Below are positions 51,626 to 61,593 of a stretch of DNA of 64,000 nt, piece by piece. The stretch lies in assembly GCA_963667175.2 (NCBI GenBank), contig CAXXXF010000013.1, positions 128,001 through 192,000 of the forward strand. The letters are read 5' to 3'. Origin of the DNA: Candidatus Latescibacterota bacterium. GTDB taxonomy: Bacteria > Latescibacterota > UBA2968 > GCA-2709665. The notes beneath the pieces are model-generated. The model did no database searches. It was not told where the DNA came from and saw only the letters and a list, made by a program, of their open reading frames with translations. Numbering within the stretch: the first letter of the stretch is position 1; every line of letters starts with the position of its first letter. A program made the position numbers and the translations under genes.

Positions 51626-54271
51626 ATGCAACTCAAACAATTCCAGATAGATACTCTCTCAGTCCTGCGCCGGTTTTTTGAGGAGGCACGAATCGCCGGG
51701 CCGAAGAACGCCTATGAAGCGATAACGACGGAACCGGAGCAGGCCGCGCGGCTTGGCGGATATTGCGCAGAATATATACCCTTGATGGAATTGCCTGACG
51801 TTCCGTATATCTGCCTGCGCCTGCCCACGGGCGGTGGCAAGACCATCCTGGCTGCGCATTCCGTTTCCGTTGCCCAGGGCGCATGGATTGAGAAGGACTA
51901 TCCGTTGGTTCTGTGGCTTGTGCCGACGAATACGATCCGTCGGCAGACGGTCGACGCGCTGAAGAACACGCGCCACGGTTATCGGCAGGTGCTGGACGAG
52001 GCATTTGAGGGGCGAGTGCGAATATTTGACATCTCAGATTTCACGTATATCCGCCCTCACGACCTGAGAGACCGGTGCTGCATTGTGGTGGGTACGATCC
52101 AGACGTTGAGGGTGAGAAGCACCGAGGGCCGCAAGGTCTACGCGCACAGCGAAGAAATGGAACCCCACTTCGCCAGGGCGCCGATGAAGGCGCCTGGTCT
52201 GGAGTTGCTGAATAACGGAACGGCCAAATACTCCTTTGCCAACCTGCTGCATCTGCATCGCCCGCTGATGGTGGTCGACGAGGCGCACAACGCCGTGACC
52301 GGGCTCACCAGGGAGATGCAGGCGCGAGTAAACCCATGCGGTATTATCGAGTTTACCGCTACGCCACGGACAAGATCAAACATTCTGCACAGCGTTTCCG
52401 CGCTCGAACTCAAGCGTGAGGAGATGATCAAGTTGCCGATCGCACTTTCCGAGTGCGACACGTGGCAGAGCGCCGTTAACGGCGCAGTGGCCGCCCGTGC
52501 CGCGTTGTCGGAAAAAGCCCGGGATGACTCCGCCTACGTCCGTCCAATCGTTCTCTTACAGGCGCAGGCGAGAAATCAGGACGTGCCGGTTCAGGCGTTG
52601 AAAGCGCATTTGATTGACGTCGAGCAGGTAACTGAAGAGAAGATCGCTGTGGCGACCGGCGATCAGCGGCAGCTCGACGGTATAGACCTATTCGACCGGG
52701 CTTGCCCTATCGAGTACGTCATTACGGTCGAGGCGCTCAAGGAAGGGTGGGACTGTTCGTTTGCGTACGTTTTCTGCTCTGTCTCGCGCATTCAGAGCGC
52801 GAAAGACGTGGAGCAGTTACTCGGTCGCGTGCTTCGAATGCCTTACGCGAAAAGGCGAGAGGTTGCAGATCTCAATAAGGCTTATGCCTTCCTTTCCGAA
52901 CCGTCTTTTGGACAGGCTGCGCGTGGGCTTGCTGACAAGCTTGTGGCCATGGGCTTTGAGGAAGACGAGGCTTTGGAAAATATCGAGCATGTTCAGCGCA
53001 CGTTCGACGATGAGGGTGACCTGTATCGCACACGGGACAAGCAGGATCCGATATTTGCCCACGAGGTCACAGCGACTACCGAGGTCTTGTATGCACTCAA
53101 GGAGGTCAACCACGAGAGATTGCTGGTGCGCGAAACGGCTGAGGGGAAGGTCGAAATCGCGATAGCGGGCTGGATCAACGAGAGCAGCGAGAAGGCCATT
53201 TGGGAGACGTTGCCTGCGCCGGAGAGAAAGCCTTTCGCCAATGCCGTTGCGAAATATCGCGTCAACGTCAAGGATCAAGTCGCACCCGCCGAACAGGGCC
53301 TGGAATTCCAGGTTCCGCGTTTAATGTCGGAAATTCAGGGGACGCATGAATTCGCCGATGCCGACGTGTTCATGGAATATAACGAATGGTCGTTGCTCAA
53401 CCATTCTCCAAAGATTGATGAGCACGAGTTTTCGATCCATGAGACTGCCCGCAGCTTCGAGATCGACCTGGACGGTAAGCGCGTTACCTACCGTTTCGCC
53501 AGCACGGAGGAACAAATGACGCTGAACGTCGACGTGGAAGGTTGGACACCGGAAGCACTCGTCCTGTGGCTCGACCGAAAGGTGCGCCAGGTGGATATTC
53601 ATCAGCGCGAACTATTAAGATGGCTGCGCGATTTGGTTGGCCATCTGCTTAACGTACGCGGCATGGGCATCTCTGCGCTGATGCGCTGCAAATTTCTGCT
53701 TGCCAGGAAGATTCAGGACAAGATCAACGGTATTCGCAAGATGGAACGGGACGCCGTATACCAGCGTTACCTATTCGCGCCCGGGTCTGGAGTATCGGTA
53801 TCGTTCGATAACGCCTTTTCGTTCCAAGCCGGTATGTACCGGGATCAAAGAAATTATCGCGGGCGCTGGAAACCACGAAAGCACTACTTGGGTTCAGATA
53901 ACGTTCCGGCCTTTGACGGCGCTGAAGACGGTGAGGAGGTTCAGTGCGCTCAGGTAATCGACAGCCTCCCGGAAGTCGCATACTGGATTCGCAACGTGGC
54001 GCGTCATCCGAGTTCGTTCTGGTTGCCGACTGCGACGGGTAAGTTCTATCCAGACTTCGTAGCGCAAATGTCGGATAGCCGCCTCTTTGTGGTCGAATAC
54101 AAAGGCGCGCATATTGCTGATGGGCCGGATACCGCTGAAAAGCGCACGATTGGCGCCCTATGGGAGAAAGCGAGCGAGGGGAAGGGTCTTTTTATCGTCG
54201 CTGAGAAAACCGTCGACGGGAGCGACGTTCGAGAGCAACTGACGCAGAAAATCCGCAGTTTCAGATATTAG
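51626..54271 (+). CDS. res: Type III restriction enzyme Res subunit (SF2 helicase + PD-(D/E)xK)
   Basis: PTGGGKT, VDEAH, FTATP, LKEGWD, QLLGRVLR, YPDF...VEYKG. Confidence 0.9.
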   Translation: MQLKQFQIDTLSVLRRFFEEARIAGPKNAYEAITTEPEQAARLGGYCAEYIPLMELPDVPYICLRLPTGGGKTILAAHSVSVAQGAWIEKDYPLVLWLVPTNTIRRQTVDALKNTRHGYRQVLDEAFEGRVRIFDISDFTYIRPHDLRDRCCIVVGTIQTLRVRSTEGRKVYAHSEEMEPHFARAPMKAPGLELLNNGTAKYSFANLLHLHRPLMVVDEAHNAVTGLTREMQARVNPCGIIEFTATPRTRSNILHSVSALELKREEMIKLPIALSECDTWQSAVNGAVAARAALSEKARDDSAYVRPIVLLQAQARNQDVPVQALKAHLIDVEQVTEEKIAVATGDQRQLDGIDLFDRACPIEYVITVEALKEGWDCSFAYVFCSVSRIQSAKDVEQLLGRVLRMPYAKRREVADLNKAYAFLSEPSFGQAARGLADKLVAMGFEEDEALENIEHVQRTFDDEGDLYRTRDKQDPIFAHEVTATTEVLYALKEVNHERLLVRETAEGKVEIAIAGWINESSEKAIWETLPAPERKPFANAVAKYRVNVKDQVAPAEQGLEFQVPRLMSEIQGTHEFADADVFMEYNEWSLLNHSPKIDEHEFSIHETARSFEIDLDGKRVTYRFASTEEQMTLNVDVEGWTPEALVLWLDRKVRQVDIHQRELLRWLRDLVGHLLNVRGMGISALMRCKFLLARKIQDKINGIRKMERDAVYQRYLFAPGSGVSVSFDNAFSFQAGMYRDQRNYRGRWKPRKHYLGSDNVPAFDGAEDGEEVQCAQVIDSLPEVAYWIRNVARHPSSFWLPTATGKFYPDFVAQMSDSRLFVVEYKGAHIADGPDTAEKRTIGALWEKASEGKGLFIVAEKTVDGSDVREQLTQKIRSFRY

Positions 54272-54303
54272 TGGAATTCTCGTGCGGGATCATTGACATG
54301 CGT

Positions 54304-57177
54304 CTACCTCGGCGCCAGATATCGATCTCCATTGAAGTGAATCATGTGATCCGGTATTTCGGATAACCAGACTTCCGTCTGCCAAGCGATTTCGGTGATG
54401 AAATCCTTGAAGATGTTGAAGTCCGGGAATGCACTCACGTAAACTCGGGTGGCAGGACAATCTCCAAACATCTCCTCGAGTTCGACGTGGCGTTTCGGAG
54501 AAACCGGACCGTGGGATGTGACGGCTTCGATCAAGTACAGTCGACTCTGATTTTCTCCATAAAGTACGATATCCGGCAATTTGTCGTGACTGGGAACAGG
54601 TAGACCAAGCCCGTCGAAACCTTTTTCATTGAGGATCAACGACTTATTTTCTGCATCGCCAAGATAGAGAAGCTGGGCGCCGGGGGCGAATCTTGGCCCG
54701 AATTCCTCAACAACGGCGGCCTGTAATTCGTTGTGTTGCCCGGGCGAGAGGTGAAATTCCTCGCCAGTTGGCAGTTGTAAAGGCACTCTGTGCTGATCTC
54801 GGCGTTTCTGATAGACTTCGAAGAGTGCGCCCTTTACCTCGTTGAAGGATGCGATTGCCTGTTGCCACATCTCGGTACCGTACGCGCTAATTGTCCGAAT
54901 CGCGGATTCAGATAGTGTGTAATGGGTGCGCGGACTGTTTGTCGGGAGGGACACGTCATCAGGGTTTCGAATTACGAGACCTGCCTGCTCGAATTGATGA
55001 ATGACCCGGCGACGAATGGTCTCTCGCGTATTCTCCGCGTATTCGCGATCGTATCTGTCCCTGATTTCTTCCAATACGTCGTGAATCCGCAAACTACGGG
55101 ATCTCGCTTCAGCCCAGGGGGTATCTTCAGAAAGTTGCGCAAGGACAAGCAATGTCAGAGCCGACGTTTCGTTTTGTTGTGCGGGTGGCAGCCCTAAGGA
55201 TTTCAATACCTCTTGAGCCTCCTGTATTCTTCCGATTGACATACGGGATTCCTTTATTGTAGGGAAATCTCTCGGAATACATCCGGTTTCTCTCAACGTG
55301 GTAAAAACCAGAGCGTCTGAATCCACTCCTTTTTTTGATTCTTCGACTGACCGATGCCGTTCTCCAATTCGCCTGATGACTTTTCGGGGCGGAAGCGGCA
55401 ATGCGCGCAATTCCATTGCGTTTACCTGGGTGTTTCCACTTGAAATGCGGAAATACCGATCCAATAGCGCGCAATTTAACACGGCTGACAGTCCAAGCGT
55501 TTCTTCGACGTCGAGTTCGCCGTTCTTCCTGTATATGTAATTGAGATGATTCTCAAGCCCGATCCTCTTATGGCTAAATTGGTCTTTCAGTAACGGCGCT
55601 GAAATCAGACGACGTGGTTCTTCCTTTGCGCTAAACCGGCAAAGCAGGACGTAGTTCGAAACCGGGACGGACAGATCCTCAGCGGATTCACCGAGAGAAA
55701 GGCCCTGTGGTTTGGCGCCTTTTAACGCGGGCCATTCAACCTTTCGGCGTCGCACATTGTTCATCCACAGAAGCGGGACCGCGTGGTCGCGTTCAACTGC
55801 GACTTCATCTGTCAGAGACCCTCTGGCACGGAAGCCAACCACCGGACCCGTTGACACTTCCAAACCGTATTTCTGCAGGGTGCCCGGCCAGCGATCCACG
55901 ATTTCGATAACCTGCTCGTCGAACTCGCTCGTGGGCAATCTGAAATTGAGCTTGTTCTTGTACTCCCGTATGAAATGCCTCCGGGTCACCATGCGGGCTA
56001 TCGATTCGCCCAAATCCAGCGCGTTTTTCGATGATGAAATCTTGATAAATGAAGACTCGGGTGCTTTTTCGTCCGGTAATCTTCGGAACGCAACGATAAC
56101 ATTTTCCTGAAGGACGGAATCTTTACCAAATGTGTCGTGGCGCGATTCAAACAAGTGAACAGACACAGGGAGCGTTAGGTCGACAAACTCCCGCCTGAAT
56201 GCGGAAAAGTAAGCGCCCGAACAGAAGCTTCGTGGGACGATAAAACACGCGCATCCCTGAGGCGCAAGCATTCTTGCGGAGAGCGCCATGAACAGTGTAT
56301 AGATATTCGAATGTCCTTTTATCTGGCCTGCTACTGCTTTTACGCGAGGGTCGTTGCTATTCAGTTTGAAATACGGTGGATTCGCGATAATCTTGTCATA
56401 CAGTAATGGCTTTCTCGGATTGACTGGATTGTCGACCTGGAAGAGCGAAGGCTGAGGCGATGGGATGCAATCAACGACAAAATCGCGATTATATACATGT
56501 GCGTGAACGGTAATGCCTCTTTCTTGAGCGCGTCTTGCTGCCCGTTCAAGTGCCGTGCGGGCAACTTCAGACAAGCCCTCGTCGATTTCATATCCGTCGA
56601 TCCATAATTCCATCGGGCGGCCTGCGATTATCGTGCGTTCAATGAGCGCACATGCCAAAACGCCGGAACCAATGGATGGATCGAGCAACCTTTCACCGTC
56701 TCGCACCGGCCCGAGTTGCCCGGCCATAAAGCGGCCAACCAGCTCGGGCGTGAGGAATTGGCCGTTTTGCTTGCGGTGAGCAATAGGCCGTTCTGATAGA
56801 GCGTCTTCACCCAACTTAAGACTGAAATCCACTAAGTCCGGTACTCGATATGCAGGGACGCTTTCTGCGACGGACATCGTCGACACACGGCGCAGGACGG
56901 ATGTGGCAAATTCAGGATCTTTTTTTATAAACTCCCTCATCGAGGTTGTTTGTCTTCCGGACAGAAGCTGCAGTTCCTCCGGATCGCATTTCAGAATCTG
57001 GGTCAGCCGTAAGATTAACGACTCAGATGGCCGGACTTTTCCAGCTTCGATTCGTGACAGGTGAGCCGGGTCGACTCCAATCGCAAACGAGAGTGACCGT
57101 AAGCTGATATTTTCCCTTTCTCTCAGCGAACGCATGTACTGGCCGAATTCCATTCGCATCCTTCGCCTGTAAACCAT
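54304..57177 (-). CDS. Fusion protein: XRE HTH + N6-adenine MTase (PstI/BsuBI-type) + BsuBI/PstI-type restriction endonuclease
   Basis: LRSLS...HLSRIEAG (HTH); GQFLTP, DPSIGSG, IANPPY, RFSAKEE; YAENTRETIRR, HDKLPDIVL, IEAVTSHGPVS, IAWQTEVW; no stop in 957 codons. Confidence 0.9.
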   Translation of the reverse strand: MVYRRRMRMEFGQYMRSLRERENISLRSLSFAIGVDPAHLSRIEAGKVRPSESLILRLTQILKCDPEELQLLSGRQTTSMREFIKKDPEFATSVLRRVSTMSVAESVPAYRVPDLVDFSLKLGEDALSERPIAHRKQNGQFLTPELVGRFMAGQLGPVRDGERLLDPSIGSGVLACALIERTIIAGRPMELWIDGYEIDEGLSEVARTALERAARRAQERGITVHAHVYNRDFVVDCIPSPQPSLFQVDNPVNPRKPLLYDKIIANPPYFKLNSNDPRVKAVAGQIKGHSNIYTLFMALSARMLAPQGCACFIVPRSFCSGAYFSAFRREFVDLTLPVSVHLFESRHDTFGKDSVLQENVIVAFRRLPDEKAPESSFIKISSSKNALDLGESIARMVTRRHFIREYKNKLNFRLPTSEFDEQVIEIVDRWPGTLQKYGLEVSTGPVVGFRARGSLTDEVAVERDHAVPLLWMNNVRRRKVEWPALKGAKPQGLSLGESAEDLSVPVSNYVLLCRFSAKEEPRRLISAPLLKDQFSHKRIGLENHLNYIYRKNGELDVEETLGLSAVLNCALLDRYFRISSGNTQVNAMELRALPLPPRKVIRRIGERHRSVEESKKGVDSDALVFTTLRETGCIPRDFPTIKESRMSIGRIQEAQEVLKSLGLPPAQQNETSALTLLVLAQLSEDTPWAEARSRSLRIHDVLEEIRDRYDREYAENTRETIRRRVIHQFEQAGLVIRNPDDVSLPTNSPRTHYTLSESAIRTISAYGTEMWQQAIASFNEVKGALFEVYQKRRDQHRVPLQLPTGEEFHLSPGQHNELQAAVVEEFGPRFAPGAQLLYLGDAENKSLILNEKGFDGLGLPVPSHDKLPDIVLYGENQSRLYLIEAVTSHGPVSPKRHVELEEMFGDCPATRVYVSAFPDFNIFKDFITEIAWQTEVWLSEIPDHMIHFNGDRYLAPR

Positions 57178-57212
57178 GCTCCCAAATACATTCTCACGGC
57201 GCCACCATTGCT

Positions 57213-57242
57213 AATGTATTCGCTGTTGATCGATTTGTCAAC
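57213..57242 (-). promoter_or_regulatory. Sigma70-like promoter with overlapping palindromes (candidate auto-operator)
   Basis: TTGACA-17bp-TACATT; GTTGA-N8-TCAAC (57225-57242) over the -35 box. Confidence 0.55.
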
Positions 57243-57435
57243 GGCATATATTCGGTTCGATCGGGTATGAGACTGTCTTGATACTTCGGCTTGAAAGACC
57301 GACACCATTTGGTTCTTGTGTGTTTGGCACGCGGACCCACGCTTCACGTCGCGTGAGGATGCTTCCGCTGACTGACTCACGCCAGTACCAAAAAAGATCC
57401 TGAATTTGTGCCAGCTTCCAACCCGGGAGTCTACG

Positions 57436-58753
57436 ATGGGTATCTTGCGAGGCCACATTATCGACGGCGCGACGGGAGAGCCAATCGACGCCAAGGTCCA
57501 CGTGCTGACGTCCGACGGCCGTTTTACGCAACCACGCGACGCCGTGTTGAAGCGTGGCCCGGGCACGCCGTTCTTCTTTTGCGACGGTTCCTTCGAGGTT
57601 CGGACGGGTCGTGGACGCACCGACGTTCGGGTCGAACGCGGCACGGAGTACGAGCCCCTGCGCACGGTTATCGATATGCCGGAACACGGCGCCAGGGACG
57701 TCCAGATCGTCCTGAACCGATGGTATTTCCCGCAGGAGAACAACTGGTATCCCGGCAACACCCACATCCACTACGATGAAAGGGAAACGCGGCCTGACGA
57801 CAGGCTGGCGATCGACTGCAGCGTCGAAGGCTATAACGTGACCGTCGTCAGCGTTCTGGACAGAAGGCAACTTCCGTACGCCAGCAACAAATATCCCATT
57901 GGCGTGATGAACGATTTCACCACCGCCCATCACGTGCTGGACATTGGTGAAGAGAACCGCCACTACGGTGAAAGCTCGCCATGGGGTTTCGGATACGGAC
58001 ACGTGATGTTTCTCAACATCCGGAACCTCGTCCAGCCCGTCAGCCGCGGTGCTGGGGAAACTGGACGCCTTCAATCTGTTCGATCCATTCTGGATGGACC
58101 CCGAATACGATCTCTGGTACAAGCTGCTCAATTGCGGCATCGCTCTGCCCGCTTCCACCGGCACGGACTGGTTCGTCTGCTCCAACAACCGCGTGTACGT
58201 CAACACCAGCGATACGTTCTCCTACGAGAACTGGATCGCCGGCATGAAGGCGGGCAATACGTTCATCACCAACGGTCCCGCCGTCGATCTGCGCGTCAAC
58301 GACCACCCGATGGGATCTACGGTTCAGTTGCCCACCGGCGGCGCCCTCGACGTCGAGGCAAATTATACGTCATTCTACCCCGTTCATCGCGCGGAGATCG
58401 TGATGAACGGCCGCGTGATTCACTCCGAGTACGAGCCAGAAGGCAAACGCGATGGCTCGCTCCGCCACCGCGCGGAGGTCGATCGCGACGGCTGGATCGC
58501 AGCGCGGCTCTGGGGCGACGGGCGCGACAGTTTCGACCAGTCCATCTACGCCCACAGCAGCCCGGTCTATTTTTCGTGTGGCCGTCCGCCCGCCGAACGG
58601 GAGGACTCCGCCCGGCATTTCATAAACGGGATCGACGACTCGCTCAAATGGATCGACACCTGGGGACGTTTCAACACCGACCGGCAACGCGAAGACGTGC
58701 GGGAACTCTTCCGCCGCGGGCGGGAAGGTTTCCTGGGGCTGGCAAAGGGTTAA
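57436..58753 (+). pseudogene. PHP-like (CehA/McbA-type) metallohydrolase, frameshifted near 58050
   Basis: N-half (WYPGNTHIHY, GEENRH, YGHVM) and C-half (ASTGTDW, TFITNGP, YAHSSPVY) lie in different frames. Confidence 0.75.
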
Positions 58754-58946
58754 CAGTCCGTTGAAAAAGTCGCTCTGCAGGCGAGGCCGAGCCATTGTGG
58801 CCGAAGACAAGGCGCGCGACCGACGCGAATCCCTGGATTCGGGGAGGGAGCGCCTGCCTGCCGCGCTTCGCTTGGCGCAGGCAGGCAACGCCGTACTTCG
58901 GTCACAAGGGCCGGACACAGCCCGGATGGACTTTTTCAACGGGCTG
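58754..58946. mobile_element. MITE (family B), 193 bp, 18-bp TIRs, flanked by TTAA
   Basis: CAGTCCGTTGAAAAAGTC / GACTTTTTCAACGGGCTG (17/18 inverted); TTAA at 58750-58753 and 58947-58950. Confidence 0.85.
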
Positions 58947-58967
58947 TTAAGCTTAGTGAAAAGAAAA

Positions 58968-60107
58968 ATGAAGCGCGCCCCCGCGTGGGTTAACAGAATG
59001 AGGGTCGCGCTCGCTCTTTGCCTGCTCGGCGCCGCGCCTTCGGTCCACGCCGAGGACTGGAATGCGGCGCGCCCCGATTACGCGTGGTCCTTTCCGCGCG
59101 ATCACTGGGCCCGGGCTGGATACAAGACCGAGTGGTGGTACTTCACGGGGCATCTGGCGTCCGCGGACGGCCGGCGTTTCGGGTACCAGTTCACCTTCTT
59201 CAGGGTCGGGATGTTGCCCCAAACGCCTTCGCTGGCGTCGGAATGGGCGACCGCCGATCTGATCATGGGCCACGCGGCCATCGGCGATCCGGCTACGGGA
59301 CGGCATTTGTTCAGCGAGATCATCTACCGGGTCACGCCGCTGCTGGGCGGGTTCGGCGCGTATCCCGACGCGCTTATCGCCTGGAGCCGGGCGCCCGCGG
59401 GTACGGACGGGACGTGGACCCTGCGCTGGAACGGGTCCGGCTTCGATTTTTCGATGACCGACGTCCGGCAGGGTATCGCGTTTTCGCTGTCGACCACGCC
59501 GGCGAAGCCGCTGGTATTTCAGGGGCCGGACGGATACAGCCGAAAAGGAAAGGGACCGGCGTCCGCCAGCCAGTATTACAGCTTTACGCGCCTTGCGACG
59601 ACCGGCGAGATCAGGCTGGCCGATGAGCGATTGGCGGTAACCGGCCAGAGCTGGATGGACAAGGAATTCGGGTCGCAACAACTCGAACCCCATCAGGCGG
59701 GGTGGGACTGGTTCAGCCTGCAGCTTGACGACGGGCGGGAGGCGATGCTGTACGTGCTTCGCGATACGACTGGCGCCGTGGATTTTTCGGGAGCGACCAT
59801 CGTCTCGGCGGCTGGCGACGCCCGTTATCTGGCGCCGGAAGCGTTTTCCATTCGCGCGACGGAGACGTGGGAGAGCCCGGAGACCGACGCGGTCTATCCC
59901 GCGCGATGGGAGATCGCGCTGCCGGGCGAGGGCCTTCGGATGCTGATCCGGCCGGTCATGGCCGACCAGGAGAACCGCAGCCGGCTGATGAAATCGATGT
60001 TCTACTGGGAAGGCGCGGTGGAAATCACCGGCCCCGACGGCAAATCTATGGGGCGGGGTTACGTGGAACTCGTGGGGTACGGGACGGGCAGCCGCCCGCG
60101 GCTATAG
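58968..60107 (+). CDS. AttH-like lipocalin / carotenoid 1,2-hydratase-family secreted protein
   Basis: Signal peptide; FPRDH, TEWWYFTG, FGYQFTFFR, SWMDKEF, GWDWFSLQL, YWEGAV, GYVELVGY. Confidence 0.88.
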   Translation: MKRAPAWVNRMRVALALCLLGAAPSVHAEDWNAARPDYAWSFPRDHWARAGYKTEWWYFTGHLASADGRRFGYQFTFFRVGMLPQTPSLASEWATADLIMGHAAIGDPATGRHLFSEIIYRVTPLLGGFGAYPDALIAWSRAPAGTDGTWTLRWNGSGFDFSMTDVRQGIAFSLSTTPAKPLVFQGPDGYSRKGKGPASASQYYSFTRLATTGEIRLADERLAVTGQSWMDKEFGSQQLEPHQAGWDWFSLQLDDGREAMLYVLRDTTGAVDFSGATIVSAAGDARYLAPEAFSIRATETWESPETDAVYPARWEIALPGEGLRMLIRPVMADQENRSRLMKSMFYWEGAVEITGPDGKSMGRGYVELVGYGTGSRPRL

Positions 60108-60136
60108 CAAAGAGCCGATTGAAGACGCGGATGGCG

Positions 60137-60179
60137 TGGGGATTCCTTCCAATGGATCGGGAACGGGATCCCCATTTTT
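60137..60179 (+). terminator. Intrinsic terminator between convergent genes
   Basis: TGGGGATTCC...GGGATCCCCA followed by TTTTT. Confidence 0.55.
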
Positions 60180-60185
60180 CATGCC

Positions 60186-61424
60186 CTATCTGATTGACGT
60201 CGTTTCCTCCGGGAGTTCGCCCACGTACCGCGCGCGCGGGCGGATGATCCGTCCGATGCCGTACTGTTCGATCGCGTGGCCGATCCAGCCGACGGTTCTG
60301 CCCATCGCGAACAGCGTCATCGCGCCCCCTGGCGGCAGGTTGAGAACGCGGGCGAGCGTTGCCAGCGCAAGGTCGACGTTATACGAAAGGCTGGTGACCT
60401 CGGACGCCGCCGCAATGATCTCGAACGCGAGACCCACGGCCGGATGCTCCGAATGGGTTTCCCGGAGCATCCGGAGCAGAAGTCTCGCCCGGGGGTCATG
60501 GTCCCGGTAGATGACGTGACCGAAGCCCGGAAGGGCTTCGCCCCGCTTGAGGCGGTCGCGCATGGCCTGCTTTACGTCGGGACGGCTCTCCAACTCTTTG
60601 AAGAGGGCCTCGACCTGTTCGCTGGCGCCGCCGTGTTTATGGCCCTGAAAGGCGCTGAGTGCTGCCGTCACGACGGCATAGAGCGTCGCCCCTGTCGAGG
60701 CCACGCAACGCGCCGTGAAGGCCGAAGCATTGAGTTCGTGGTCGGCGCAGAGGATGAGCGCGGCATTGATGAGAAACTCGGCGTGGTCGTCGCAGGGAGC
60801 CCAGGCCTGCTGGAGCGTACTCGCGATGCCCCCGCCATGGGTCCCGCCGCAGGCGACGGTTGCAAACCGGCGAAGGATTCGGCTGCCCGTCCGGACGGCC
60901 GATTCCGTTCGCAGGTCGTAGGACGCGTAGTCTTCACGCGCGGCCAGCGGCAGAAGGGTCTGGAGCGCCTCGACGGGCCGCATGTCCGGAAAGGCAGGCA
61001 GACCCATCTCGAGGGTCGGAGAGACAAGGCTGCCGCCGGAAGAGACCAATTCGGGAATTTCCGCTTCAGGGTTGCCCGTCCAGATGAGCGCCGCGACCTG
61101 TTCGATACTGCGCTGCCGGGCGAGAACCATCGCGCTGCGGCCCCGGTAGTAGACGCAATCGTCGGTGATGAGGGTAATGGCCGATTCGAGGACCGGCGCG
61201 CCCGCGTGCAAGGCGTCTTCCGCGACGGTCTCCGGATTCCTGCGGCCCTTTTTCCTCGCCTTGTGCGTCCGCACGTCGTCTGCGTGGTACCTGCGGGTCC
61301 GACGGTTGTGTCCCGACGCCTCGGAGCGGATCAATCCGCGGCTCACGTAGGCGTAGAGGCTGTCCACGGAGACGTTCAACTCGCCGGCCGCCTCCCGGGC
61401 GGTGAGGTATCGGGCGTTTTTCAT
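60186..61424 (-). CDS. Citrate synthase-family protein with N-terminal excisionase-like HTH
   Basis: LTAREAAGELNV...LYAYVSRGLIRS; DHELNAS, HGGA, GFGH, NVD. Confidence 0.88.
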   Translation of the reverse strand: MKNARYLTAREAAGELNVSVDSLYAYVSRGLIRSEASGHNRRTRRYHADDVRTHKARKKGRRNPETVAEDALHAGAPVLESAITLITDDCVYYRGRSAMVLARQRSIEQVAALIWTGNPEAEIPELVSSGGSLVSPTLEMGLPAFPDMRPVEALQTLLPLAAREDYASYDLRTESAVRTGSRILRRFATVACGGTHGGGIASTLQQAWAPCDDHAEFLINAALILCADHELNASAFTARCVASTGATLYAVVTAALSAFQGHKHGGASEQVEALFKELESRPDVKQAMRDRLKRGEALPGFGHVIYRDHDPRARLLLRMLRETHSEHPAVGLAFEIIAAASEVTSLSYNVDLALATLARVLNLPPGGAMTLFAMGRTVGWIGHAIEQYGIGRIIRPRARYVGELPEETTSIR

Positions 61425-61465
61425 GGCCAAGCCCTTTCTGAGAATACGATTAAATATACGATATA

Positions 61466-61500
61466 TTGATTTTACAATCAAGGTTGACAATATATATCAA
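61466..61500. promoter_or_regulatory. Tandem palindromic operator-like sites in the divergent promoter
   Basis: TTGATT-TTAC-AATCAA (61466-61481) and TTGA-N9-TCAA (61484-61500) in an AT-rich spacer. Confidence 0.5.
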
Positions 61501-61593
61501 TTGTTTAGAATTCATACAGAAACGGCGAATGCAAGCGGCAATTCGGTGTGTGCAAAACGCCCGCGAACGCGGGCAAGATTACAGGAGGACGAT

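Noticed and set aside
58761-58967. N-terminal extension of the attH ORF in the ORF track
   Set aside because: It is read-through of MITE B; the signal peptide starts at ATG 58968 or 58998
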